From: Octopus sinensis
Lineage: Eukaryota
Direction: 5' to 3'
NCBI RefSeq assembly: GCF_006345805.1
Contig: NC_042999.1
Span: forward strand, 7,936,001 to 8,000,000
Length of the DNA: 64,000 nt
Shown: positions 24,246-36,360 of the stretch, piece after piece
How positions within the stretch are numbered: position 1 is the stretch's first letter
Layout: the number at the start of each line of letters is the position of its first letter
Translations under genes and position numbers: made by a program
Notes under the pieces: generated by a model
Seen by the model: only the letters and a program-made list of their open reading frames with translations
Database searches by the model: none
Told to the model about the DNA's origin: nothing

Positions 24246-24600
24246 AAAAAGTGAAAAAATTCTCAACTTTTGTAGTTTTCTCATAAATTTAGTGCCGTAA
24301 TCATGTAAAGAAGATAGTTTCAGAGATAAGACATTTATTAGACTATCAACCAATATATCTTCAGTTCTAAACAATAGGTGCCAGCATCACTGTGTGGTCA
24401 AGAAGTTTGCTCCCCAACCACCGGGTTTCAGATTCTGTCCCAGTGTGTGGCACCTTGGGCAAGTGTTGACTACAATAACCCTGGGTGGACAAAGCTTTGT
24501 GAGTAGGTTTGGTGGACAGAAACTGAAAGAAGCCCATTGTGTACATATATATTTATGTGTATGTGTCTGTATGTATACATGAACATATATATATATATAT

Positions 24601-24780
24601 AGTGAGAATCTACAAAAGAAAAAAAAGCAAAAGACGAAGACGGGTGTGTAAACGACAAACAGATGTATTAGTTTAACACTCAGGAAGTGAGAAAGTCTTT
24701 TACGTTTCGAGCCCATGCTCTTTGACAGAAAGGAGCACAGAAATAAACAGAGAGAGAAAATAGAAAAGGTTTAGCGGCTA
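24601..24780 (-). mobile_element. (TA)n-associated Penelope-like short element with hammerhead-like motif (family HH2)
   Basis: Minus strand cttt-CTGTCAA-a-gagc-atgg-gctc-GAAA-cgt-a-aaag at 24696-24733. Confidence 0.6.
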
Positions 24781-25502
24781 ACAATTTATTTCTTTATTGC
24801 CTACAGGGGGCTAAACACAGAGAGGACAAACAAGGACAGACAAATGTAAACACACTAACATCAGTTGTCAAGTGATGGCAGGGGTACAAACACAAACACA
24901 GACACACAAATACATACATACACACACACATATATATATATGCACATATTTTTATATATAATTCATATAAATGCAGTGTACATTGCATTTATATGAATAA
25001 TATATAGTCTATTGAGTAGTTTTTTTCTTCACGTTAGACCACTGGTAGGTAGCAAAAAAATTTCTAAATAATTTTTTTGCGAGCCTAGAACTTATTAATA
25101 TACATATATATGAAGGGATTCTTTCAGTTTCTGTCTATCAAATCCACTCATAAGTGTTTGGTCAGCCCGAGGCTATAGTAGAAGTCACTTGCCGAAGGTG
25201 CCATGCAATGGGACTGAACCCGGAACCATATGGTTGGGAAGTAAGTTTCATACCACGCAACCACTCCTGCACCCAAGTGTCCAAGATAATAACATTTCCC
25301 TTGAATGGGGGGAGGGGCTGGGCCATCACAAGGTTTCTCATTTACAGCTGAATAAACTGAAGCAACGCAAAATAAAGTGTATTTTGCTCAAAAGGACAAC
25401 GAACCACCCAGTCCAGGATTGAAACCATGATCTTTTGATTGTGTATGTAATACCTTAACCACAAGGCCATGTGCCTTTATGCTGATGTTATAGTTGAATC
25501 GT

Positions 25503-25838
25503 GAAGGTGCATGGCTCAGTGCTTAGAGCGTTGAGTTTATGATTGTGAGGTTTTGAGTTCGATACTCGGACCAGGCTGTGTGTTGTGTTCTTGAGCAAGA
25601 CACTTTATTTCATGTTGCTCCAGTTTGCTCAGGTGTAGAAATGAATTGTGATGTCCTAGGTGCCAAGCTGTATCGGCCCCTTCGCCTTTCCCTTAGATAA
25701 CATCAGTGGTGTGGAGAGGGGAGGCTGGTATGCATGGACGACTGTTGGTCTTCCTAAACAACCTTGCCCAGCATGTGCCTCGAAGGTTGACTTTCTAGCT
25801 GCAATACAATGGTCACTCATGACCGAAGGGGGTCACCC
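25503..25838 (+). mobile_element. SINE-E: tRNA-headed SINE with CORE-like block
   Basis: gaaggtgcatggctcagtgcttagagcg...gagttcgatactc; gtgttcttgagcaagacac; inverted copy at 57008-57320. Confidence 0.85.
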
Positions 25839-26307
25839 ATAGTTGATGCCTTAATGACTATACTGATAGTGATGGTGATGTTGATGGTGCCAATATTCTT
25901 TGCACTGATTAGGGTGGCAAGCAGGTAGAACCATGAGCAGATTGGGCAAAATGTTCAGCAGTATTTTGTCCATCTTTATGTTCTGAGTTCAAATTCCGCT
26001 GAAGTCAATTTTGTTTTTCATCCTTTTGGGGGTTGATAAAATGTGTTCCAGTTGAGTATTGGGGTTGATGTAATCGTCTTACCCTCTCCCTCAAAATTGC
26101 TGGTCTTGTGCCAAACTCTGAATCCAATGCTCTTAACAGTTATAATAGCGATAACAATAGACATTCTATGATTATACCCAGAGCCTTCAGCAAATTATCC
26201 ACCTCCCCCCACCTACCAATTCAAAATTGAAAGGGTCTGCAAAAAAATAGCACCCTAAACAAGGTAGATGAGTTTATATTATTAGATGTTTCTAGAAAGT
26301 GCATATA

Positions 26308-26484
26308 GGCATAGGAGTGGCTGTGTGGTAAGTAGCTTGTTTACGAACCACATGGTTCTGGGTTCAGTCCCACTGCATGACACTTTGGGCAAGTGTCTTC
26401 TGCTATAGCCTCTGGCTGACCAAAGCCTTGTGAGTGGATTTGGTAGACGGAAACTGAAAGAACCCCGTCGTATATATGTATATG

Positions 26485-26533
<49 letters not shown>

Positions 26534-26745
26534 GTGTGTGTGTGTCTGTGTTTGTTCCCCACAACATCGCTTGGCAACCGATGCTGGTGTGTTTACTTCC
26601 CAGTAACTTAGTGGTTCAGCAAAAGAGACTCATAGAATAAGTACTAGGCTTACAAAGAATAAGTCCTGGGGTCAATTTGCTCGACTAAAGGTGGTGCTCC
26701 AGCATGGCCGCAGCCAAATGACTGAAGCAAGTAAAAGGGTAAAAG
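26308..26745 (+). mobile_element. SINE-A, full length
   Basis: Complete head, internal TA/TG tract, 3' end. Confidence 0.9.
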
Positions 26746-27437
26746 AGTATAGATTTATCTATGCACACATTTATCATATTTGCTTCGGACACACAGACAA
26801 ATATGTGTATACATTTACATATGGAATATATTTTATATAAATTATGTGCATTTACTTTCTTACACATGTATATATTTTCACATTACGCATAAATATTCAT
26901 CAATGTATAACATTATACATACACTCATCGAATCATTATACACACATAGCAATATACGCCCCAATGTATACACTCATCTGATGCATAAGGTACAGAAGCA
27001 ACAAGTTGCCAATCAAACATATTCAAGTTTGAACTTCTTGAATTCCTGCCAGGAAAAATTGCCAAAAAGAATAGAATTTATTTTATTTATTTACTTTTAT
27101 GCATTTATTATTATTAGTGTTATTAGGTGGTGAGCTGGCAGAATCATTAACACGCTGGACAAAACATTTTGTGGCATTTTGTCCATCTTTACATTCCGAG
27201 TTCAATTTCCACTGAGGTTGGCTTTGCCTGTCATTCTTTTAGGGTTGTTGAAAGATATATCAGTTAAACTCAAGGGTTGATCTAATTCACTATCCCAGTG
27301 TTCCCAACCCTGTGAGTTTTCCCACAAACCTGTAGGGATGGTAAGCCTGGAATCATTTTCAAATAGGTTTCAGTACCTTTTTTTTTTATCATTCTTAGAG
27401 ATCCTACAATCACCGGTACTGTAGTACTGGTACTGCA

Positions 27438-27668
27438 GGCGGCGAGCTGGCAGAAACATTAGCACGCCGGGCGAAATGTTTAGCGGTATTTCATCTGCCG
27501 TTACGTTCTGAGTTCAAATTCCGCTGAGGTTGACTTTGACTTTCATCCTTTCGGGGTTGATAAATTAAGTACCAGTTACACACTGGGGTCGATGTAATCG
27601 ACTTAATCCGTTTGTCTGTTCTTGTTTGTCCCCTCTGTGTTTAGCCCCTGGTGGGTAGTAAAGAAATA
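27438..27668 (+). mobile_element. SINE-B, full length (long-tail subfamily)
   Basis: ggcggcgagctggcagaaac...ttctgagttcaaattcc...gtgggtagtaaagaaata. Confidence 0.9.
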
Positions 27669-27795
27669 GATATTGTAGTCGCCTTGAGATGCCACATTTT
27701 TTCAATTTCTATTAGCAAGTCTTTATATTTACTAATCTTGTCAAATTCTTTCGCCGCTATATTGTGATCACAAGGAATACTTATGTCAATTATTA
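27668..27795 (-). mobile_element. REL endonuclease fragment of a Dong-like LINE
   Basis: IDISIPCDHNIAAKEFDKISKYKDLLIEIEKMWHLKATTI, beside (taa)n. Confidence 0.75.
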
Positions 27796-27829
27796 TTATT
27801 ATATTATTATTATTATTATTATTATTGTG

Positions 27830-28018
27830 CAGGTGGCACGTAAAAAGCACCCACTACACTCACGGAATGGTTGGCATTAGAAGGGCATCCAGCTGTAGAA
27901 ACACTGCCAGATCAGACTGGGCCTGGCACAGCCTTCTGGCTTCCCAGACTCCAGATGAACCGTCCAACCCATGCCAGCATGGAAAGCGGACGCTAAACGA
28001 TGATGATGATGATGATGA
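27830..28018 (+). mobile_element. Repeat C, 3' portion
   Basis: Conserved body plus (gat)n tail. Confidence 0.85.
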
Positions 28019-28090
28019 TTGTTATTATTATTATTTTTCCTTCTTTCTTCAAGTTTTATTCCGTTTCTCGCTGAGTGTTTTCCGTACACC

Positions 28091-28151
<61 letters not shown>

Positions 28152-28153
28152 TA

Positions 28154-28205
<52 letters not shown>

Positions 28206-28312
28206 CATTACTTACTGTAAGTGCTCTATATGATCTCACAGAGTTCTGTATGCAAGATGTTTACTTCCCAGATTAGTTTCTTTAGAAAAAATCCTATTAT
28301 TGTTCTTCTTAC

Positions 28313-28517
28313 CCCTGAAGGGTTTAGCAACGTTTGTGCATTTACTGCATTACCTTGGGTAGAAAACGATTTGTCTTCAGGCATTTTAAGTTGTTTACGA
28401 CTTTTTGACGAATATCTATTCATAAAGTACTTCCGCCTTACAACGTAGCCACCGTAGAATCAGCAGGAAGAGATGTTCGCCATTGCAATGGCAGCAGTAA
28501 TGCAAACAAACATCAGC
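28313..28517 (-). other. Candidate exon: LMFVCITAAIAMANISSC*FYGGYVVRRKYFMNRYSSKSRKQLKMPEDKSFSTQGNAVNAQTLLNPSG
   Basis: Acceptor tttttccccatttaaaaataattccag; donors CAAG|gtaatg (28354) and GGG|gtaaga (28313); CpG-rich non-repetitive island; in-frame TGA at 28462-28460; no homology recognised. Confidence 0.3.
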
Positions 28518-29217
28518 CTGGAATTATTTTTAAATGGGGAAAAAAAAAATTTAGATGCGCAGACATTGCAGAAATTCTAAAACATAAACAACATGGTGGA
28601 AGAGGGGGGTTTGAATGAGAAAGAACTTGTGATAAAAACCGTAAATTTGAATGGGGTAAACATAGTACAGGCATAGCGAAAACAAAAAAAATCACCACCA
28701 AAATCCACCACCACCACCGAAATCCACCGTAACCACCACCACCACCACCACCAAAATCCAACATCACCACCGCCACCACCAAAATCCACTGTCACCACCA
28801 ACAAAATCCACCGTCACCGCCGCCGCCACCGCCACCGCCACCACCACTACCATCACCACAACCAAAATCCACCATCACTGCCGCCAACAACAACAACAAT
28901 ATTGCATCATTTGTTGACAGTATGGGTTAGAAGAATGGCTTGACTTGGGCCGAGAGAAAAGTGGAGGAAATGAAAAGCATCACAGAAAATAATGCCTCCT
29001 TGCTCAAAGAATTTACCATGGAAAAGCAGTGAAGTGTATCTGTATTTCTAAGGAAATGCAAGGGGCTTCCATATGTTATTAGAAGGGAAGATGAAAGAGG
29101 TCCTGGTTGATCCATAGCAGGATGTGTGCACTATCAACAAGAGCAAGGCACATAAAAGAGATTTAGGGACAAGGTCATGGCTAGGGCCCAGCTGGAGCTT
29201 GTGCCTCATATATTTGT

Positions 29218-29590
29218 TTGTTGATCGTTGCCAGAGCAGCCAACTGGCTACGTGCTGGTGGAACGTAAAAGAGCACCATTCGAGTGTGATCGTTACCAAC
29301 GTCGCCTTACTGGCACCTGTGCCAATGGAATTTGTAAAAAGATTCGAGCGAGGTCATTGCCAGTACCGCCTGACTTCCCCCCCTCCCGTGCAGGTGGCAC
29401 ATAAAAAGCACCCACTACTCTCTCAGAGTGGTTGGCGTTAGGAAGGACATCCAGCTGTAGAAACTCTGCCAGATCAAGATTGGAGCCTGGTGCGGCCGTC
29501 TGGTTCGCCAGTCCTCAGTCAAAATCGTCCAACCCATGCTAGCATGGAAAGCAGATGTTAAACGATGATGATGATGATGATGATGATGAT
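29218..29590 (+). mobile_element. Repeat C
   Basis: Subrepeats, conserved body, (gat)n tail. Confidence 0.85.
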
Positions 29591-30098
29591 GGGTTGGTTT
29601 CACAGCACAAAGGGAAAAGAGACGTGATGATGAGGACTATTGATATTGGTAAGGACCTCAAACCCTTGGTTTGTCACATTTGTGCAGTAATACGTACATA
29701 GTGATAATAATGATAATAATGAAATTATTGTATACAGTGCTCAGGTGCACCACAATGCTCAGATGTTGGTGAACTGAAAGTAAATACGAGCAGACGGAGG
29801 AGACGTATCAGTATTGAAAACCTTGAGGTTGTATTAGAGGTGTAATCTGTTGATGGAACAGAGAAGTGGTCAGTCATCCTGGTGGTATGGGAGAGTATAG
29901 TCCTTGAGGTTGTCTGGTCAAGCACAGGAAATGGTACAATGCTATACAGCAATGTCAAGAACAGAGGGGAAAAGCTTGGCTGCAGCCGCCAATGTTTCCT
30001 GAACAATAACAGGTACCACTCCAGGTAATATCAAGGTGACCAACATGCCAAGAGGCCTTCTCCACCACCTTTATGTCTCTGCCTGTGTACACACATGC

Positions 30099-30129
<31 letters not shown>

Positions 30130-30217
30130 CATATCACATCCTCATCATCAACATCTATTTATATATATTATATATATATATATATATATGCATATATATA
30201 CATACATATATATATAC

Positions 30218-30252
<35 letters not shown>

Positions 30253-30393
30253 CATATACATACATATATATATATACATATATGCATATATATACACATA
30301 TATAAAGATAAATAGATATGTACGCAAGTGTATGTATGAGAGTGCATATATTTATTCCCACTCATCTATCTATATACTTATACATCCACACAC

Positions 30394-30445
<52 letters not shown>

Positions 30446-30536
30446 TTGTGCATGTGTATGAGCATATGTGTAACGTGTGTGCATGTGCATGTGTGTGTGA
30501 GTGTGTTTGTTTACGATAGTGTGAATGATTGCATGC

Positions 30537-30647
30537 CTGTTTGACAATGATGTAGAATGAAGAGCCACCACGCTTAATGGTTTGGTGTAAAGCTCTGGGA
30601 AATAGCAGGAAACACTTCCATTCATGTTGTTAATCACCTCAGAACAA
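30537..30647 (-). other. Candidate 111-nt exon: [37 protein letters not shown]
   Basis: Acceptor gttctcgtctttacttccttccag; open frame; needs a non-canonical AG|gcatgc donor. Confidence 0.25.
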
Positions 30648-30868
30648 CTGGAAGGAAGTAAAGACGAGAACATTAAACAGTTGCCATTGGCTTACAACGT
30701 GCAACTAGCAACTTTGAAAGAGCAGTCTTTATCACAGAACTTGGAATAGACAAAAATAAAGTAACCATACTGTAGCATGGGGACTAGTAATACAATATTT
30801 TATGTTATTATTATTATTATTTTAGAAACTTATTTCTGTAATTTTATTGCTTTCTTTTTGCTACACAG

Positions 30869-30940
30869 CTTGGCTGTGTGGGCCTTACGTGCGCATAATG
30901 TTTGGTTTGGCTGTCATATTATCATACTTTCGTGCTTATT
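30869..30940 (+). other. Candidate 72-nt exon: (A)WLCGPYVRIMFGLAVILSYFRAY
   Basis: ttttattgctttctttttgctacacag|...TTATT|gtaagg; splice signals only. Confidence 0.2.
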
Positions 30941-30982
30941 GTAAGGAACCTTCATCTATTACACTTGTGGAAAATAAAGTTA

Positions 30983-31026
<44 letters not shown>

Positions 31027-31177
31027 TTACTGTTGTTGTTGTTGTTAGTAATTTTCCTTTGAATTCTGCATCTTTCTAATATCTTGCCAAGTGTCACCCT
31101 GATACCTGAGGCAAAATTTGTTAATACACACGTTTAACAATCAATTGATTTCCAACTGTCACCAATATTAGAAGCAC

Positions 31178-31208
<31 letters not shown>

Positions 31209-32089
31209 ATTATTATTATTATTATTATTATTATTTTTATTATCATTATTATTATGTGAATAATGATGATGATGATAATGATGATGATGATAATGATGAT
31301 GATTACCATCATCATCACCATCATCATCATCATGATTATTATTATTATTGAGGTGGTGAGTTAGTTGCATCATTAGCGTGATAGACAAAATGCTCAGCAG
31401 CATTTTTGTCTGGCTTTATGTTCTGAGTTCAAACCCCACTGATGTCAACTTTGCGTTTGTTCCTTTCAGAGTCGATAATGTAAAGCACCCATTGGACACC
31501 AGGATCAATGTAACCATCTAATCCCTTCCTCCCAAAATTGTTACCCTTGTGCTAAAATTACAAAGATCTATCATCATTGAGGAATTTTCTGGTGCTTTAC
31601 ATTCTGAGTTCAAATACTACCAAGGTCGACTTTACCTTATATGCTTCTGGGGCCAATGAAATACAAACCAATTGAGCACTGAAGTTGATGTGTTTGGTAA
31701 GAGCCCCCACCTTAAAACTTTTGGCTGTGTGGCGAAATTTCAAAGAATTTTTTACATATTATTTCTTCCTAATTTTTGTTCCAAACACCAGAACGTAACG
31801 GTAGGTGAAATACACTTAGTATTTCACCCGGTGTGCTAATGATTCTGCCAGCTTGCTGCCTTACATCAGTTTAATAATGGCAGTGTTATTTTACTGAATT
31901 CTTCATTATTTTGAAATTCAATGGAAACAAAGAGCAATGCAACTAAAACAGAATTATAGTAAGAAAAGGGGTGAATAATGATAATTATTTTATTAAGTTC
32001 TTTGTTATTTTCAAAATTCATTGAAACAAGTGCAATGGTTTTCAGCAGAAATATGGTAACATGTGAATTGATGGTAAATAACATGTTGC

Positions 32090-32507
32090 AAAGGCAGCGA
32101 GCTGGCAGAATCGTTAGCACGCCGGGCGAAATGCGTAGCCATATTTCGTCTGCAGTTAGGTTCTGAGTTCAAATGCCGCTGATGTCGACTTTGTCTTTCA
32201 TCCTTTTGGGGTCGATAAATTAAGTACCAGTTATGCACTGGGGTCGATATAATCGACTTAATCCGTCTGTCTGTCCTTGGTTGTCCTCTCTGTGTTTAGT
32301 CCCTTGTGGGTAGTAAAGAAATAGGTATTTCGTCTGCCATTACGTTCTGAGTTCAAATTCCGTCGAGGTCGACTTTGCCTTTCATCCTTTTGGGGTTGGT
32401 AAATTAAGTACCAGTTATGCACTGGGGTCGATATAATCGACTTAATCCGTTTGTCTGTCCTTGTTTGTCCCCTCTATGTTTAGCCCCTTGTGGGTAGTAA
32501 AGAAATA
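32090..32507 (+). mobile_element. SINE-B head-to-tail dimer within one 17-bp TSD
   Basis: TSD ggtaaataacatgttgc at 32073-32089 and 32508-32524; junction gtaaagaaata|ggtatttcgtctg. Confidence 0.9.
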
Positions 32508-33127
32508 GGTAAATAACATGTTGCTCATCAGCTTTTGGGGGCAGCATTCTAAGTGCAGTAATTAACCATTTGATGTTTTCCTGTCTGGATTTTTCTAATT
32601 CTTTTTGAGTCCCAATAATATGAATGCAGTTACCTCTTATAACTGGAATGTCTGGAATGGTAATGTCTGTTACCTTTTCGTGTTTACATTTTGCCATATC
32701 AATCTAATTTATTTCTAATATCTCTTTGAAATTCACACTTGTACTCCCTCCAAATTTTGTAAAGAAATTTTTATCTCCCTTCTATTATTGCTCACTAGGG
32801 GACACCACATGTTTGTTGCTAACATTATCTTTCCTTTATGTATATATTATACTTATTCAAGCTTCATCAAAGTCCTTAACCAATCAATGCTTTGTTCAAA
32901 CCGTTCTACCACTTTCTATAGATCTTTATCATGCTTTATTTGATTGGTAATTGATCTTCGAGGCTAAACGAGTCTTTATAGCATTCCATTTGTTCTTCTG
33001 GGAATTGTTTTTCATTGAAGGATTTATTTATCCTTTAGCTGTGAAGACTTTTATACTGTATACTGGAAGAAGTTATGGGTCTGTGGATTTTAGAGGCTGC
33101 TGTTTCTTCAGCTCTGAGAATTAAGAG

Positions 33128-33276
33128 AAAATATTGGCATTTCAAAGATATTGATTTTTACACTTGGTGGCATGAATTCCATAAAAATGAGCAGTTTCCC
33201 TGTTTTAGATAATCATTTTTATGCAAAAACTAAAAGATAAAAGTGGAGATAATTCCCTCTCTGCCGTTCTACCTAT
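33128..33276 (-). repeat. ~150-bp dispersed repeat, inverted partner at 35534-35684
   Basis: atattggcatttcaa.gatattgatttttacac.tgg.ggcatgaat.ccataaa.atgagcagttt shared. Confidence 0.75.
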
Positions 33277-33835
33277 ATTGCAATCATTTTTTATGCCAAC
33301 GCACAAGTTCTTTCTGCCAAATCAGCAAAGCAAATATTTATTTCAAATTTGAACTCCGATACTCAAAGGTCTCTCTTCAGTGAGTTTGTCAGGTTTTAGT
33401 CTTTGGTTCCTTCAGCTTTGACAGAATTATTAAATCACTGAACAAAATACCTTGTGGTATTTGATCCAGTTTTTTATGTTCTGAGTTCAAATTCTGTCAA
33501 AGTTAACTTTTACTTTCATCCATTTGAGGGTCACGAAAATAAAATACCAGTCAAATATTGTAGGAAACTTAACAGAATCTCCACTGAATTCCAGAACTTG
33601 TGCCGAAATTAAAAAACATTTGTATTATCAATTTAAGGCAGCGAGTTGGCAGAACAGTTAACACGTACGACAAAATGCTTTATATTCAGAGTTCAAATCC
33701 CATGGAAGTTGATTTGTCTTTTTATCTTTTTGGAGTTGATGAAACAAGTACCAGTTGAACACTGGGGTAGATATAATTGACTAGCTCCCTCTTCCAAAAT
33801 TTCAGGCTTTGTGCCTATAGTAGACAGGATTATTA

Positions 33836-34290
33836 TTATTATTATTGTTATTATTATTATTATTATTATATTATTATTATTTTGGTTTGGCTCAGGTTCA
33901 GCCTTATTCCTGGTAGGATTTATGTAGGTAATGGGTTATTACCTGTAACCTTAGGTATCCACATGTTTTCAGCTGTCTTTCAAGTGCTCAGAACCCTCCT
34001 GATAATCCTCCCTGTCCCTAAGAGACAAACTTTCTGTAGGAGCTCCACCGGGTATTCTATTTCAATCTCTTTCAACCTGTTGTCTATTTCTTTGCTTACT
34101 GTTTCCAATGCACCAGTTATTATAGGCACGACCTCTACTGCTCCCAGGTTCCAAATTCTTCCTATTTCAAATTTTAAAGGGTTGTATTTTCTTTGTTTTT
34201 CTTCCTCTTTCTTTATGATCCTGGAATCAAACAGACATGATGGGTTGATAAGTAAACAACTTTGCTTTCCCTTTGAAACCATTATTATAA
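33836..34290 (-). mobile_element. Dong-like LINE 3' end (REL C-terminus, UTR, (TAA)n tail)
   Basis: KEEEKQRKYNPLKFEIGRIWNLGAVEVVPIITGALETV...LLQKVCLLGTGRIIRRVLST*. Confidence 0.85.
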
Positions 34291-34295
34291 TTATT

Positions 34296-34849
34296 GAGTG
34301 AGAGAGCAGTGCATGCCATCAAAGTGACACTGGGGTAAAATATACAATGCCCAGTATACCCATCATGACTACCCGTCTGATAAGGGTACACTAGGCACAT
34401 GCATCACAACTATATGTGCGTGACATGGTGATTTCATATCAAGATAAACAGCACATGACCTTGCAGGTCGGGCCCAGTTAGAATTTTCTTCTGGTCGAGT
34501 AACCCATCCCGCTCAAAAGGTCTTTGAATAAGGGTTGTTTAAGAATGTTGAACGAAACACCTATGTTTCCAGAGGTGAATTATTCAAACCTCAAAGAATC
34601 CCTCTCGACACATGGCTATGATGCTCCCCAACTACTTCTGTTCATAATCAGAGATGCACATATCGTCAGCCACTAAGGGACATGGTCAACTGGTTAAGGT
34701 CAAACAACTGACAAGCAAATCTGTGGTATTGAGCAGAATATTTGCTGTAGCCCATCTTTTATATCAAGACAAAACAATGTACATGATAACACTTCCAATC
34801 AGTTAAGATCAGAAGTGATGAGAGCCACTGCCTGGTACTACATCAGGGC

Positions 34850-34852
<3 letters not shown>
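34296..34852 (-). mobile_element. ~550-bp (TAA)n-embedded non-coding element, second copy
   Basis: Reverse complement of 17831-18363, with an extra ~22 nt that the first copy lacks. Confidence 0.85.
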
Positions 34853-34880
<28 letters not shown>

Positions 34881-34902
34881 TTTATGATTATTGTTATTAT
34901 TA

Positions 34903-35395
34903 AGGTGGCAAGTTGTCAGAATCATTAGCACACCAGGCGAAATGCTTAGTGGTATTTTGTTTGTCACTACATTCTGAGTTCAAATTCTGCTGAGGTCACC
35001 TTTTTCTTTCATCCTCTCAGGATCGATAAATTAAGTACCAGTGAAATACTAGGGTCCATGTAACAGACTAGTCCTCTCCCACCAAATTTCAGGTGTTGTG
35101 CCTCCAGGAGAAAAGATCATTATTATTATTATTTATTATTATTATTATTATTATTTATTATTATTATTAATATTAAGGCAGTGAGCTGGCAGAGTTGTTA
35201 GCATGCTGGGTGAAACGCTTAGCAGTATTTCGTCTATCTTCATGTTGTGAGTTCAAATTCCACCAAGGTTGACTTTGTCTTTCATCCTTTCAGAGGAGAT
35301 AAATAAAGTACCAGTTGCATAATGGGGTGGATCTAATCAACTGGCCTCCCCCCATCCACAAAATTTCTGGCCTTGTGCCTAGAGTAGAAAAGATT
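34903..35395 (+). mobile_element. Two SINE-B short-tail copies separated by (ATT)n
   Basis: aaggtggcaagttgtcagaatc... and aaggcagtgagctggcagag... Confidence 0.8.
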
Positions 35396-35728
35396 ATTAT
35401 TATTTAGAAATTCAGAGTTCAAATTCTGAGAAGAATTCACCTTAACATTTTTGCAGTAAAGAAATTTGTGCACTGGCATAAAAAATTATTATCATTATTA
35501 TCATCATCATCATTATTATTATTATTATTATTATGTAGGCAGTGCAGCAGAGATAGAAATTATCTTAACTTTTATCTTTCAGTTTTGCATAAAAATGATT
35601 ATGAAAAGCAGGAAAACTGCTCATATTTATGGCATTCATGCCGCCAGGTGTAAAAATCAATATCGTTGAAATGCCAATATTTCCTATAAATTCTTTCAGG
35701 TTTTTGCTACATTCTTTCATTCTCAAAA

Positions 35729-35759
<31 letters not shown>

Positions 35760-36004
35760 TTGAATTTTAACAAATTTACTGATAAATAATTCTCTTCTGT
35801 TCTTCAACATTTGTTAAGGATCAGGTCTCCTGAAAGGTTTCACTTTTGCAGAGAAATACATGGAGAAAAATATGGAATTCAATGCAAAGCATGTAACATA
35901 GAAATGTCTTTTTTTTTTTTTTTTCAATCATTTGTTAAAAGTGAAACATAGAAAGCAATTTATATTAAAAAATGTATCTATTATTATTATTATTATTTTA
36001 TTAT

Positions 36005-36262
36005 TATTATTATCATCATCATCATCATCATTATAATGATCATCATTGTCAGCATCTTCATCACCAGCAGCAGCAGCAGCACCAGCACCACCACCACCAC
36101 CTGATCAACATCATCATCATCATCATCACCACCATCACCATCATCATATCATCATCATCATCATCATCATCACCATCATCACCATCATCATCATCACCAC
36201 CATCACCATTACCATCATCATCATCATCATCACTATCACCATCACCATCACCATCATCAACC

Positions 36263-36307
<45 letters not shown>

Positions 36308-36311
36308 CCAC

Positions 36312-36354
<43 letters not shown>

Positions 36355-36360
36355 TCATCA
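36005..36360. repeat. (CAT/CAC)n trinucleotide array
   Basis: Direct inspection. Confidence 0.95.

Noticed and set aside
24036-24374. 112-aa minus-strand ORF
   Set aside because: Runs through poly-A tracts; the recognisable motif lies in another frame (BEL/Pao-like relic).
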